Positions 49,979-60,375 are shown, counted from the first letter of the stretch. The stretch is DNA of 64,000 nt from an uncultured Gammaproteobacteria bacterium (GCA_964598995.1 CAZRDR010000021.1:537-64536); one strand, 5' to 3'. Numbers and translations are program-made. Notes: generated from the letters alone by a model not told the origin.

Positions 49979-50665
49979 GTGCTAATAAAGAGACTAACGA
50001 CTTTTTTCCCTCACGTTCAAATAATACTGATTCGCTCAGGATTGATTAGTAAAATCTTCGTCGTCCTTTTATTTTTAATTGTGTTTCTCACAGCTCTTGT
50101 CATGAAAGACCTTAGTAGTAAATCAGAAATTCCATCTGCTCAGGATAATAACCCTGAATCAAATTTTATTATTGATCAAGTTGTAACACCTACTCAACTT
50201 CAAAAATCTAATCCTATTACTGTTATCCCTTCTGTCACTACAGCACAACCAACTACTAACGCGATAAATTCACCCACTTCTACTCCCACCCCTGTATCAA
50301 ACTCCTCTCAACAGCCAACTGCTACCCCGACACCAGGAGTAGCCGATACAGAATCTCCTCATACAAATATTTATTTCCCTCAAGAAGGAGGAACTATTAC
50401 GTTTAGCTACCAACCTTCGTCTGGTAATTATCCTTGTATAGCACTTAACCCTCCATCTGATAATGTCTCCTCAACTTCAGATATAATGACTGAATACGCC
50501 GTCGATGGCGGTTCATGGTCAGGCTATGCTAGTGCTGACTCACGTGCATTTATCTGTATGGCGATACCGAATGGTTCACATAGCATACAAATAAGATCAA
50601 AAGATAAAGCTGGAAATGTTGAATCGCCACAGACCCTTCACTTTATTGTCAACATACCTAATTAG
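49979..50665 (+). CDS. Hypothetical TM-anchored protein with Pro/Thr linker and C-terminal Ig-like domain
   Basis: TM, PT repeats, DTESPHT...IRSKDKAGNVE. GTG 49979 follows TTGCAC-N17-TATACT. Confidence 0.65.
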   Translation: MLIKRLTTFFPHVQIILIRSGLISKIFVVLLFLIVFLTALVMKDLSSKSEIPSAQDNNPESNFIIDQVVTPTQLQKSNPITVIPSVTTAQPTTNAINSPTSTPTPVSNSSQQPTATPTPGVADTESPHTNIYFPQEGGTITFSYQPSSGNYPCIALNPPSDNVSSTSDIMTEYAVDGGSWSGYASADSRAFICMAIPNGSHSIQIRSKDKAGNVESPQTLHFIVNIPN

Positions 50666-51507
50666 GCTGACCAACGTGCGAAAATCCCAGTTGAGAGGGG
50701 ACGCTTATGTGTTTTTTCTTCAAGCACCAGTTCCCCGACTTGTATATTTCCTTTTTTCAAATAATCTCGCATGACGTTTTCAAGCATCAGGCTAGAAGCA
50801 GATAGAGCATAAGCGTTGACGATAACAAATAGTGGTTGAGGAGAAAGGACTTGGGAACAGGCTTTCATCAGTTCAGGAAAACTTTTAGGGAAGTCCCAAA
50901 CCTCGCCAGTTGGACCATGACCATAGACTGGAGGATCCATAATAATTCCCTCATACGTATTGCCTCGACGAATCTCTCGCTCAACAAATTTGAGAGCGTC
51001 GTCTAAAATCCATCTAATCGGTTTATCTGAAAGACTAGAAAGTTCTTGGTTCTCACGTGCCCACGTAATAGCAGGTCGAGACGCATCAACATGGGTGACC
51101 TGTGCGCCAGCTGCTGCTGCCACTAAACTCGCGATACCTGTATAGCCGAATAAGTTGAGCACTTTTACAGATCGATTACTTTTTGTAATCGAACTCCTGA
51201 TAAATTCCCAGTGGAGGTGCTGTTCAGGAAATAGTCCAGTGTGCTTAAAAGGAGTCAACTTCGCATAGAAGGAAATATCTTCATATTTCAAAAGCCATTT
51301 CTCAGGGAGATCAGTCTTTTTAACCCATGTATCTTTGTCAAACGTAGCGTCAGCTTTTTCCCACTCTACTTGAGACAGTTGAGGTAACCAGATAGCTTGT
51401 GGATCAGGTTTGGCGATGGTGTAGGAGCCAAAGCGTTCTAAACGATAGCCATTTCCACTATCTAATAATTCATAATCGCTCCAGCCTCGAGTTGTTAGGA
51501 TTTCCAT
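50662..51507 (-). CDS. Class I SAM-dependent methyltransferase (RlmI/RlmK-like)
   Basis: YELLDSG, FKHTGLFPEQ, VLNLFGYTG, HVDAS, IIMDPP. Confidence 0.88.
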   Translation of the reverse strand: MEILTTRGWSDYELLDSGNGYRLERFGSYTIAKPDPQAIWLPQLSQVEWEKADATFDKDTWVKKTDLPEKWLLKYEDISFYAKLTPFKHTGLFPEQHLHWEFIRSSITKSNRSVKVLNLFGYTGIASLVAAAAGAQVTHVDASRPAITWARENQELSSLSDKPIRWILDDALKFVEREIRRGNTYEGIIMDPPVYGHGPTGEVWDFPKSFPELMKACSQVLSPQPLFVIVNAYALSASSLMLENVMRDYLKKGNIQVGELVLEEKTHKRPLSTGIFARWSA

Positions 51508-51571
51508 GGATGTATGATACCACAAGTCGTGTCTACACTTTTATCTTTTTTTGCGCTACAATAGGCAAATA

Positions 51572-52081
51572 ATGAAGCGCATTATTATTTTCTGCAGTGT
51601 TATCATCGTCATATATGTCTTGGGAGTTATATCCCTTAACTTGCCACAGAAAAACACCAGTAACACTGATACCTCCTTTACTGTTCCATCTCCGACATCA
51701 GCTCAACCTTCAGCAAACCTTAAGTTGGAGGATGAAAAAGTAGGAACTGGTACAGAGGCAAAAGCTGGTGACACGGTAACCGTTAATTATGTTGGAACGC
51801 TAACGAATGGTAAAAAATTCGACAGTTCCTATGATCGTAAAAAACCATTTACCTTTACCTTAGGTACAGGACAAGTCATCCAAGGATGGGACCAAGGCGT
51901 AGCAGGAATGAAAGTTGGCGGTAAGCGCAAACTGACAATCCCACCTGAATTAGGGTATGGCGCATCTCCTCAAGGCGCTATTCCAGCTAATTCAACCTTA
52001 ATATTTGATGTCGAACTAGTAAGTGTCACGGCAGGAACGCCTCAGCCAGCAAATTCACAAAACCCTAATATCAACCTGTAA
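51572..52081 (+). CDS. FKBP-type peptidyl-prolyl isomerase, TM-anchored
   Basis: [43 protein letters not shown]. Confidence 0.95.
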   Translation: MKRIIIFCSVIIVIYVLGVISLNLPQKNTSNTDTSFTVPSPTSAQPSANLKLEDEKVGTGTEAKAGDTVTVNYVGTLTNGKKFDSSYDRKKPFTFTLGTGQVIQGWDQGVAGMKVGGKRKLTIPPELGYGASPQGAIPANSTLIFDVELVSVTAGTPQPANSQNPNINL

Positions 52082-52755
52082 TGGAGATCATTGCCCTTTT
52101 CTTCGTCGAGCTCTTCGTTTTATTTCTCCTTTCACGCGAACTCCAGAAAAATTTATCCTCTTTTCTTTTCAGTATCACTAAAAGTCATAAATGGACAGTG
52201 ACACTTCTTTCGTTTATTTTCCTCCCCGGAACTGTTATTCATGAAGTTGCGCATTACCTGATGGCTCATCTGATGTTCGTACCTGTAGGGAAAATGGAAC
52301 TCATCCCCAAGCTTGAGGGAACAAGTCTTAAGTTAGGCAGTGTTGCAATTGGCAGATCTGATCCATTTCGCAGACTCCTCATCGGAGTTGCACCTTTTCT
52401 AGTAGGCACCAGCCTCATTATCCTGACTCTTTATATCGCTGAGAAACAAGCTCTCTGGAGCATAACATACGCTGTAATAATTATTTTTTATGTCTTATTT
52501 GAGGTAGGTAACAGTATGTTCTCAAGTAAAAAGGACCTCGAAGGAGCTCTTTTTGTAATTATCTTCTTTATGCTGATCGCTGTTGCACTCTATATCTTCG
52601 GACTTCGCATTTCACTTGAAGATATTCGGACGAGATTAGATCCACGAACAGTTCATCTTTTCTATCAAGGAGTAATTTATCAGATTTTTCCACTTTCTAT
52701 TGATGTGATCCTTATTTTTATCCTCACCATCTCAAATAGATTACTTCGCCGCTGA
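52081..52755 (+). CDS. Membrane protein with HExxH (M50-like metallopeptidase)
   Basis: PGTVIHEVAH inside a hydrophobic region; IGVAPF. Confidence 0.65.
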   Translation: MEIIALFFVELFVLFLLSRELQKNLSSFLFSITKSHKWTVTLLSFIFLPGTVIHEVAHYLMAHLMFVPVGKMELIPKLEGTSLKLGSVAIGRSDPFRRLLIGVAPFLVGTSLIILTLYIAEKQALWSITYAVIIIFYVLFEVGNSMFSSKKDLEGALFVIIFFMLIAVALYIFGLRISLEDIRTRLDPRTVHLFYQGVIYQIFPLSIDVILIFILTISNRLLRR

Positions 52756-53382
52756 GGTAGCAGTCTTTATTGATCCACTCGTTGAACTTGTTTTAGATGG
52801 CACAAGAACTGTTGATTTTTGAGGTAAGGTGAGAGTTTGTAATATCGCTTTGAGATCAGATTCACTGTCTATCATCTCAGAAAATCCTTCTTGATAAAAT
52901 ATGAGGAGTGTGTGGGTTGAGTTCGCTAGGGGGAGTTCGAATACATACACTGGACCCTTTACTTCAGTTGTTAACTTACCACTTAGTGATGCTTCCTTAA
53001 AAAAGTATTTGTTACCGGTAAAGCCACTCTCATTGGTATAAACAGTTTGACTATCAATAATACACGTCGATTTCAGCTCAGTTCTACAAAAAGTAAGTAT
53101 TCCTCCTCTCACAGACAAAGTTGTTTGCATTATTTTTATATAAAACGTTACTTGGTCTCCTACTAGACGGAGTTTGTTGCTGTCTCTATGTAAATCGTAG
53201 TGCGAAGGATAGGAAAAACTAAAATGATACTGAGGATCAGTATAACTACTTGAGCTCGCAGGTAAAGTCTTTTTTGTGGGCGTAGTACTTTTTGAGGACA
53301 AGTGTAATTGATTGAGGATAATAAACCCTGCTATAGAAATACTCAATATAAGAATCCCGACAATAAATACCACTGCCTTCAT
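52741..53382 (-). CDS. Hypothetical TM-anchored surface protein
   Basis: TM then YTDPQYHFSFSYP, a pattern I associate with CPR surface proteins. Confidence 0.65.
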   Translation of the reverse strand: MKAVVFIVGILILSISIAGFIILNQLHLSSKSTTPTKKTLPASSSSYTDPQYHFSFSYPSHYDLHRDSNKLRLVGDQVTFYIKIMQTTLSVRGGILTFCRTELKSTCIIDSQTVYTNESGFTGNKYFFKEASLSGKLTTEVKGPVYVFELPLANSTHTLLIFYQEGFSEMIDSESDLKAILQTLTLPQKSTVLVPSKTSSTSGSIKTATSAAK

Positions 53383-53452
53383 GAGGATGTCTATTCTGTC
53401 ATAAACAGTCTCATCTGACAAGTGAATCTCAATCATATATAATTGAGCGCAT

Positions 53453-54589
53453 ATGTATTCAGCCGTTAATCCTGAAGAACAGCAAAAAAGATTTATTATT
53501 GCCAGTATCCTCCCGCATAGGGTATCTGAACAGGATGCCTTTTTAGATCTGAAAGAGCTAAAAGAGTTAGTTGATGCCTTTCATGGAGAGGTAGTCGATT
53601 ATGTTATCCAGAACCGTGAAGTTCATGATAAAGGTCTCTATCTCGGCAGCGGGAAAATTGACGAGATAAAGACTATGGTCAAAGCACAAGAAATTGATGT
53701 TGTTGTTCTTAATGCAGTTGTAAAACCTGGACACCTTTTTGATATTAAACAAACGCTTGAGAAAGCGAATCCACAAATTGAAGTCTGGGATAGAGTCGAC
53801 CTTATCCTCCACATCTTTTCGCAGCATGCAAATACGACCGAGTCACGCTTGCAGATTGAGTTAGCAGCTATGCATCATATGGGTCCGAGAATTTACGGCA
53901 TGGGATATGTTCTTTCTCGCCAGGGAGGAAGTATTGGTACTCGCGGCATTGGAGAAACAAATACAGAACTTATGAAACGTCACTGGAGAAACCAAATTAA
54001 AAAAGTCCAGGAAAAACTTGAAAAGTTATCAAATGACCGCATGCGTCAACTCGAGAGACGGCAACGAATGGGATTAAAAACAGTCTCACTGATTGGCTAC
54101 ACCAATGCCGGCAAAACATCATTATTCAATCTTTTGACAGGTAAGAATCAGCTTGTAGAGAATGCATTATTTGCCACACTTGATAGTCATGTCGGGAAAC
54201 TGTATCTACCTGAGTTAAACGAACAAATTGTTGTCTCGGATACCATTGGATTTATTCGTAATCTGCCTACATCACTCATTGATGCGTTTCGTTCAACGCT
54301 CATGGAGTCAATTTATGCTGATCTTCTCATCCATGTTATCGACTGTTCAGACCCCGATATCAAACGTAAAATTCGTTCAGTTCAGGCAGTTCTCCATGAA
54401 CTTAATCTCGTAAAAAAACCTCAGCTCTTTGTATTTAATAAATCAGATCTCATCACGAAAAAAGATAAAGAACTGATTTCTACACAATTCTCGACACATC
54501 AGTCGGTCTTTATCTCAGTAAAAAATGGAAATGGCATTGATACACTTCAGACAACGATTACAAGATTTTTCAAAGGAGGAGATCTATGA
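53453..54589 (+). CDS. hflX: Ribosome-splitting GTPase HflX
   Basis: GSGK, ILHIFSQHA, GTRGIGET, GYTNAGKTS, LFATLD, SDTIGFI, NKSD. Confidence 0.95.
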   Translation: MYSAVNPEEQQKRFIIASILPHRVSEQDAFLDLKELKELVDAFHGEVVDYVIQNREVHDKGLYLGSGKIDEIKTMVKAQEIDVVVLNAVVKPGHLFDIKQTLEKANPQIEVWDRVDLILHIFSQHANTTESRLQIELAAMHHMGPRIYGMGYVLSRQGGSIGTRGIGETNTELMKRHWRNQIKKVQEKLEKLSNDRMRQLERRQRMGLKTVSLIGYTNAGKTSLFNLLTGKNQLVENALFATLDSHVGKLYLPELNEQIVVSDTIGFIRNLPTSLIDAFRSTLMESIYADLLIHVIDCSDPDIKRKIRSVQAVLHELNLVKKPQLFVFNKSDLITKKDKELISTQFSTHQSVFISVKNGNGIDTLQTTITRFFKGGDL

Positions 54590-55077
54590 CTCAACAAGCA
54601 ATTCTCTGCTTCCTCATAAAAGATGACCAGATCCTCTTAGCAGAAAGCGATTATAGACTCGATCGAAAAACATGGAATGGGATAACTGGATTTATTACCA
54701 ATCAGCAAAAAATTGAATTTGAAACTGCAAAAATAATCTATGACGCCATAAAGGTACAGATCAACCCACGAGACTTAGAGAAAGTTGCTGTCCAACATGT
54801 ATTCCAGAAAAACTCGGACGAAAGTATACAAGAGACTGTAACTATTTCTATCTTTTTCTGTGACCGATTTATTGGTGAACCTCACTTAACTGGGAACTTC
54901 CGCCCTCGCTGGTTCTCACTAGATGACATACCTTATGAAGAAATGTTTGAGGATACAAAAGACTGGTTACCTCGTTTACTGTCTGGAGAAAAATTAATAA
55001 TTGAGATTCTAACTGAAGAAAATACAAATAATCAGATAGTGATAAAAGACGTTACAGTTCGGAATATTTTTAGCTAA
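54586..55077 (+). CDS. Nudix-fold protein (MTH1-like) with a degenerate Nudix box
   Basis: LCFL...ILL, WNG, PRWF..DDIPYEEMFEDTKDWLP; the RExxEE motif is absent. Confidence 0.7.
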   Translation: MTQQAILCFLIKDDQILLAESDYRLDRKTWNGITGFITNQQKIEFETAKIIYDAIKVQINPRDLEKVAVQHVFQKNSDESIQETVTISIFFCDRFIGEPHLTGNFRPRWFSLDDIPYEEMFEDTKDWLPRLLSGEKLIIEILTEENTNNQIVIKDVTVRNIFS

Positions 55078-55089
55078 AATATAAATAGT

Positions 55090-55482
55090 ATGGAAGAACA
55101 ACGAGTAGCAGTCTATGGATGTATCCTTAATGATCAAAAGAAAATATTAGTTGTTAAGAGGTCACCCAATGAGTCCTCCCCTAATTTCTGGGAAATGCCT
55201 GGTGGGAAATTAGAATCTGGTGAAAAAATTGAACAGGGAATTATACGAGAAGTTAAGGAAGAGACTGGGCTAGATGTAATCCCACTATCACTTTTATCTT
55301 CGTTACACGATCCAATCAAACAAGTTAATCGGATCGCTTATCTTTGTAAATTAGAGAATCAATCACAAGAGATACGTCTTAGTGCAGAACATAGCACCTA
55401 TGCCTGGATTGACACTACCGATAAATCACATACTCCTCTCTCTGATCTGTTAATTAAAACACTGGCGGAACTGAATAAGTAG
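55090..55482 (+). CDS. Nudix hydrolase (MutT-like)
   Basis: WEMPGGKLESGE...REVKEETGL, LSAEH. Confidence 0.9.
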   Translation: MEEQRVAVYGCILNDQKKILVVKRSPNESSPNFWEMPGGKLESGEKIEQGIIREVKEETGLDVIPLSLLSSLHDPIKQVNRIAYLCKLENQSQEIRLSAEHSTYAWIDTTDKSHTPLSDLLIKTLAELNK

Positions 55483-55489
55483 TTAGAAA

Positions 55490-56362
55490 TTATCGAGGAA
55501 GATAATCAAAATTACTTAATTTTGTCGGTTCATTATCTAGACAAACCATGCCTAATTTATTATCAGCTGATGACCAGAGGAAAAAGTATCCGCTATCAAC
55601 ACAGATATCATTATCGGCTGGACTATCAAGTCGAACATAGATGATTGAGTTCTGACCATCTGTCTGATAGCAGTAGCCTGTCTGAGTAACTGTCCCACAA
55701 TATGAAACGGGTGATGTCGTCTCTAAGACGTACTCGTAAACACCTGACACTTCATTCTTATCAACCATTTCTTTAATCCAATCATAACTCATAGAATCTG
55801 ATGCTGGAAATTTAGTATATGAGACATAATACCGAGAGACGGCATCAACCAATTTGATAAGCGTTGTCTGCTTATTATTATTCATATATCCTGAGGTAAA
55901 AGAATAACTAAGTTTCTGGACAGCTGTTATTGGATTTTTAAGTAGTTCTGATAAAAAACTCTCATGCGAATTCCTGCTTCCTGAAGTTGACGTCTGGGAT
56001 CCACCTGGTGAATATTGATTCTCTTTTACATATGAATCAAGTTGCTCGTTAATATAACTTGAACCTTTTAATGGCACCGGACCAAAATAAACATCATGTG
56101 CTTTTTGAGGTGTAGCAACAGGATCACCATTTACTTGATCTACTTCGTTTTCTGTGTTTGTTAAATCGGATCTCTCAGAAAAAGATTTGTTAAGAGGATT
56201 TCGCTCTGAGAGTTTGTCCTGATTATTACTTATGTTGAGAAAATATGATGGTATAGCCACCAACAATATAAGGAGAGTTACCAAGATAATTAATTTCTTC
56301 TTTGTGAAGGAAAATCTTTTTCGCTTTATAGTTACTTGGACAGGTTTGGAGGAAGGAGGCAT
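55490..56362 (-). CDS. Hypothetical TM-anchored protein with a pilin/GspG-like C-terminal segment
   Basis: N-terminal TM; LVDAVSRYYVSYTKFP resembles a pseudopilin helix; four Cys. Confidence 0.55.
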   Translation of the reverse strand: MPPSSKPVQVTIKRKRFSFTKKKLIILVTLLILLVAIPSYFLNISNNQDKLSERNPLNKSFSERSDLTNTENEVDQVNGDPVATPQKAHDVYFGPVPLKGSSYINEQLDSYVKENQYSPGGSQTSTSGSRNSHESFLSELLKNPITAVQKLSYSFTSGYMNNNKQTTLIKLVDAVSRYYVSYTKFPASDSMSYDWIKEMVDKNEVSGVYEYVLETTSPVSYCGTVTQTGYCYQTDGQNSIIYVRLDSPADNDICVDSGYFFLWSSADNKLGMVCLDNEPTKLSNFDYLPR

Positions 56363-56402
56363 ACTATTATTTACTATACATCATCAGACTAATGAAACAT
56401 AG

Positions 56403-56693
56403 TTATGATATCTGCCCTACCGCATCAATTTTAGGGAAAAGCCTTCTTATAGCTTCCCAATATTTTTCAGAAAGCGTTGTGGAGAACTTACCATATTTTC
56501 CGCTTTCAGACTTACCACAGAGAATATTCTCATAGCGTCGAATTATTCTCAGAACTTTTTCTCCTTCAGTATTAAATTCTTCTTGGTACGTCTTTGGATC
56601 TGATACGTATTTATCATGCAACTCACGAAACGCATCAAAAACCTCCTTATTATACTTGAGCATGTCTTGGATAACTTCTGTATATTTTGCCAT
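56403..56693 (-). CDS. Hypothetical protein
   Basis: 96 aa; start overlaps the upstream stop. Confidence 0.7.
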   Translation of the reverse strand: MAKYTEVIQDMLKYNKEVFDAFRELHDKYVSDPKTYQEEFNTEGEKVLRIIRRYENILCGKSESGKYGKFSTTLSEKYWEAIRRLFPKIDAVGQIS

Positions 56694-57247
56694 TATTCTT
56701 CAGGTTCTGGAGGGAGGAACTCTTCCCCTGTATCTTGGGAGGAAGAAGGGTATTCTGATGGTTTAAGCCAATAGACATACGTGCAGCCAGTTGCTTTTCT
56801 CTTAACCTTATCCCAACCCGCAGTCGAACACTTCTTCATCTTCTTGCCACTATTTGTGGTAAAGAGTACGAGCTTTGCACCGCACTCAGGACAATTCTCG
56901 TCGAGTTGTTCTGTTGTGCCATTAATCCACTCAACATAGTCGCAGCCTATTGCTTTTTTCGCTTCTTTATCCCAAGACGAAGTGGAGCATTTTTTCATTT
57001 TTTTGCCAAAGCGCGTCACTGCTAAGATCAATGGGGCACCACATTTAGGACATTTTTCATCAAGTGCCTCTGGCTCAACTTCAAGCCACTTCACATAATC
57101 ACAGCCTGTATTTGAGCGAGTCGTAGGATCCCAGATAGATGTTGAGCAGCGCTGAAGTTTTCTGCCTGTTGCAGTAGTTACGATCTCAGAAAGAGGACTG
57201 CCACACTTTGGACATACATCAGAAGTAACTGGTTGAGTATCTGCCAT
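56693..57247 (-). CDS. Stand-alone protein of three topoisomerase-I-type C4 zinc ribbons
   Basis: Three repeats of CPxCG..L.......G.K...CST..WD......GC.YV.W. Confidence 0.8.
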   Translation of the reverse strand: MADTQPVTSDVCPKCGSPLSEIVTTATGRKLQRCSTSIWDPTTRSNTGCDYVKWLEVEPEALDEKCPKCGAPLILAVTRFGKKMKKCSTSSWDKEAKKAIGCDYVEWINGTTEQLDENCPECGAKLVLFTTNSGKKMKKCSTAGWDKVKRKATGCTYVYWLKPSEYPSSSQDTGEEFLPPEPEE

Positions 57248-57292
57248 ATAGAATAACTATAGTAAATTATTTTTGATTAGCGCGTCAAGAGA

Positions 57293-59062
57293 TCAATAAA
57301 TATCGTATTTCTCCAAGAGCTTTTTATTTCCTTCTACTTGATAGTGGAGAAGATCTCGATAAAGTCCCGGCTTCTCAGCGAGCTCTTTCGGACTGCCATT
57401 ATCAACTATCGTTCCTGAGTCAATCACAATGATTCGATCAACATTTTGAATAGTTGAAAATCTATGCGCAATAATAATGACTAATTTATCCTTCATCAGT
57501 TTATCTAATGCATCTTGTACTTCTCGTTCTGACTTAGCGTCAAGTGATGACGTCGCTTCATCAAGAATGAGAATAGGCGCTTTCTTAAGGATAGCTCTGG
57601 CGATTTGAATTCTCTGCTTTTGACCACCTGATAACCGTACTCCTCGTTCACCAACTTCACTGTCTAATTTTTTAGGCAGTTTCATGACGAAATCATAGGC
57701 ATTAGCCATTTTAAGCGCTTCTATGATTTCTTTTTCAGTTGCATCGTCTTTTCCATAAGCTACATTCTCACGAATTGTTGAGGAGAACAGCTCATTTTCC
57801 TGGAATACTAAAGCGATATTTTGCCTTATGAGCTGATGATTTAATTCTTTATAGTCTTTATCTTTCAGCATTACTCTGCCACCCGTCGGGTTATAGAATT
57901 TCAAAATAAGATTAACAATTGTTGATTTACCTGCACCACTATGGCCTACCAATGCTACTGCCTGATTTTTCTGAAGAGAGAAAGAAACATTTCTCAAGAC
58001 AGGATTTTCTTCGTTGTAATAAAATGAAACATCGTCAAATGTAATTGTCGGATCTTTAATCTTCTCAACAGGAGTCTTCTTACGGAAGTCCTCAGACGAT
58101 GGAAGATTAAGTATCTCAAAGAATTCCTTTGAGCCAGCTTCGGCGGTCTGAACCTGAGTTAGAATATATGACATAGCAAAAAGTGGTATACGTGCTTGAT
58201 TTACTAGTTGCAGGATAAGTACCATTTCACCTAATGTCAGATGGCGTTGAAAAGTGTTATAGAAGACCAAAATATTTATGGCAAAGAGGATAATATTTAA
58301 CGAAAGTCCTCTGAAGAAATCGAACTTATGAAAAGTCGTACTTTGACGAGCATAAATCTTATTCGAAGCTTCTAAGTTATCAGAGACTAAGTCATACTCT
58401 CTTTTTTCATTAGTAAAACTTTTTACCAGTGTAATATTACTAATGACTTCATGCATCCTTCCTCTTGTTCTATCTTCTATAGCGTTTTTCTTGACCTCTT
58501 CTTTTCCCCATTTAACTGTTGAGTAATAACTCAATATCAAATAAATTGGAAATAGGATAAAGGTAAAGAGAGCAATTGGGATGTTGTAATAAGCTAATAT
58601 CGCAACCGTAAATATACTCTGCAGGAAAGTTGGGAGGATAAAATTAGTCGTAGAATTGAGGAATCCCTGAATCGTGACAATCCCCCGATTTAATTGATTA
58701 AGAATTTTCCCTGATACCTCTGAATCAAAATATGATTGGGGAAGAGTTAATACTTTATCATAATATTTCTCAGTGAGGAATTTTCTAATTCTTCCAGAAA
58801 AATGGTCACCAATGCGATCACTAATCGTTGAGGTGATTAAGCCAAGGAGATTACTTGCAAATGCAATTACTATTAAGAGTATGAGATATGATACATTGCC
58901 GCCCTTTCCTTGCAGTTGCCTAACAATCTCATCAACAATGAATTTTGAGAATAACGGAGCGATCAGCTGAAGTACTGCTGATAAGAGAATCAGGCCAGCT
59001 AATATCCCAACTAAGTGATATAGCGGACGAGACAATTTAACAATTTTAAAGATATTCTGCAT
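57293..59062 (-). CDS. ABC exporter, fused permease and ATPase (MsbA-like)
   Basis: TM domain, GHSGAGKS, LSGGQKQRIQIAR, ILDEATSSLD, IAHR. Confidence 0.93.
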   Translation of the reverse strand: MQNIFKIVKLSRPLYHLVGILAGLILLSAVLQLIAPLFSKFIVDEIVRQLQGKGGNVSYLILLIVIAFASNLLGLITSTISDRIGDHFSGRIRKFLTEKYYDKVLTLPQSYFDSEVSGKILNQLNRGIVTIQGFLNSTTNFILPTFLQSIFTVAILAYYNIPIALFTFILFPIYLILSYYSTVKWGKEEVKKNAIEDRTRGRMHEVISNITLVKSFTNEKREYDLVSDNLEASNKIYARQSTTFHKFDFFRGLSLNIILFAINILVFYNTFQRHLTLGEMVLILQLVNQARIPLFAMSYILTQVQTAEAGSKEFFEILNLPSSEDFRKKTPVEKIKDPTITFDDVSFYYNEENPVLRNVSFSLQKNQAVALVGHSGAGKSTIVNLILKFYNPTGGRVMLKDKDYKELNHQLIRQNIALVFQENELFSSTIRENVAYGKDDATEKEIIEALKMANAYDFVMKLPKKLDSEVGERGVRLSGGQKQRIQIARAILKKAPILILDEATSSLDAKSEREVQDALDKLMKDKLVIIIAHRFSTIQNVDRIIVIDSGTIVDNGSPKELAEKPGLYRDLLHYQVEGNKKLLEKYDIY

Positions 59063-59091
59063 GAGATAAGTATAGCAAAATCTCTTTAAGA

Positions 59092-59118
59092 TTAACAGTT
59101 AAGAGTTTTGAGTGCTAA
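59092..59118. promoter_or_regulatory. Possible second CIRCE
   Basis: Minus strand TTAGCACTC-N9-AACTGTTAA: one perfect half-site and one 6/9 half-site. Confidence 0.4.
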
Positions 59119-59292
59119 TTAGCGAGGATCGTCATCATGACCTTCATCAGTAGATGAAGACTGATTCCACTCACCTTTTAATTTATCAACAGCTCCTTTA
59201 ACTTTGTCATCAACATGTGGAGATTTCATTTCGATATCACCTTTGATTTTTTGAACTGTTCCTTTAATGTTCTGTCCAATATTATCTGCCAT
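59119..59292 (-). CDS. CsbD-like small stress protein
   Basis: NIKGTVQKIKG...VKGAVDKLKG; GGAGGTGA SD before ATG 59292. Confidence 0.7.
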   Translation of the reverse strand: MADNIGQNIKGTVQKIKGDIEMKSPHVDDKVKGAVDKLKGEWNQSSSTDEGHDDDPR

Positions 59293-59397
59293 TCGTCTCA
59301 CCTCCTTTTGAAGGTACTCTACGCCAATGAGTTAGGATTAAAAATAATTTTGGGTAAGACAAAAGTAATAACTACTCTTTGGGTGCTCGAGGAATAA

Positions 59398-60375
59398 TTA
59401 AGCTGATAGTTCTTTTTGGTAGCGAACAATGAGTTCTTGTTTGAAAGCTTCAATTGCTGTATCGTCAAAAGCTGATAATGGAAAAATCTGATTATTCAAG
59501 GGGCTAAGCGACTCGATCTTCTTCGCAAGTTCTTCTGGACTGACAAGATCTGTCTTGGTAAGTACGATAATTTCAGGTTTGGTCAGAAGTTCTGTATTAA
59601 ACTTCTCGAACTCACGTCTTACTACCTGATAATTTTTCGGTAAATCATCTTGTGATGCATCAATACAATGGACTAAGAGATATGTCTTCTCAATATGCTT
59701 AAGGAATGTTAATCCAAGTCCTCGTCCTTCACTTGCTCCTTCGATAAGTCCTGGGATATCAGCTAACATGACTCGACCTAACATACCAACATTGGGCTCA
59801 AGTGTCGTGAAGGGGTAATCACCAATTTTTGGTTTGGCACTGGTGAGTAATGAGAGTAACGTACTTTTACCCGCATTTGGTAGACCAATAAGACCAATAT
59901 TGGCGATTAATCTAAGGACAAGATGGAGCTGTTTTTCCTCACCCATCTCGCCTTTTTCGGCAAAGCGAGGTGCTTGATTGGTAGCTGACTTGAATTCGTT
60001 GTTGCCTCTGCCGCCTTTACCACCTCGCGCGATGAGGTGACGAGTGATAGTATCAGTAATTTCATATGTCTCATCTGTCTCCTCTACATGAACGCTTGTC
60101 CCTACTGGTAGCAAAATGATCAAATCTTCGGCATTTTTCCCAAATAAATTGTTACGCTTTCCTGGTATCCCATCCTCTGCCTTCCAAACTTTTTTGTATT
60201 GAAATTTTGACAGAGCCGTCAAATCATCTACTCCTTGGAGATAGACTGATCCGCCATTTCCACCATTACCTCCATCTGGACCACCTTTAGGGTTACCTTC
60301 ACGAGTACGGAATGAGACAGCACCATTGCCTCCTTTACCAGCATGAATTGTAACTATAACATCATCGATTAGCAT
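59398..60375 (-). CDS. obgE: GTPase Obg/CgtA
   Basis: Gly-rich Obg fold GGPDGGNGGNGG, GLPNAGKST, YPFTTL, DIPGLIEGA. Confidence 0.96.
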   Translation of the reverse strand: MLIDDVIVTIHAGKGGNGAVSFRTREGNPKGGPDGGNGGNGGSVYLQGVDDLTALSKFQYKKVWKAEDGIPGKRNNLFGKNAEDLIILLPVGTSVHVEETDETYEITDTITRHLIARGGKGGRGNNEFKSATNQAPRFAEKGEMGEEKQLHLVLRLIANIGLIGLPNAGKSTLLSLLTSAKPKIGDYPFTTLEPNVGMLGRVMLADIPGLIEGASEGRGLGLTFLKHIEKTYLLVHCIDASQDDLPKNYQVVRREFEKFNTELLTKPEIIVLTKTDLVSPEELAKKIESLSPLNNQIFPLSAFDDTAIEAFKQELIVRYQKELSA

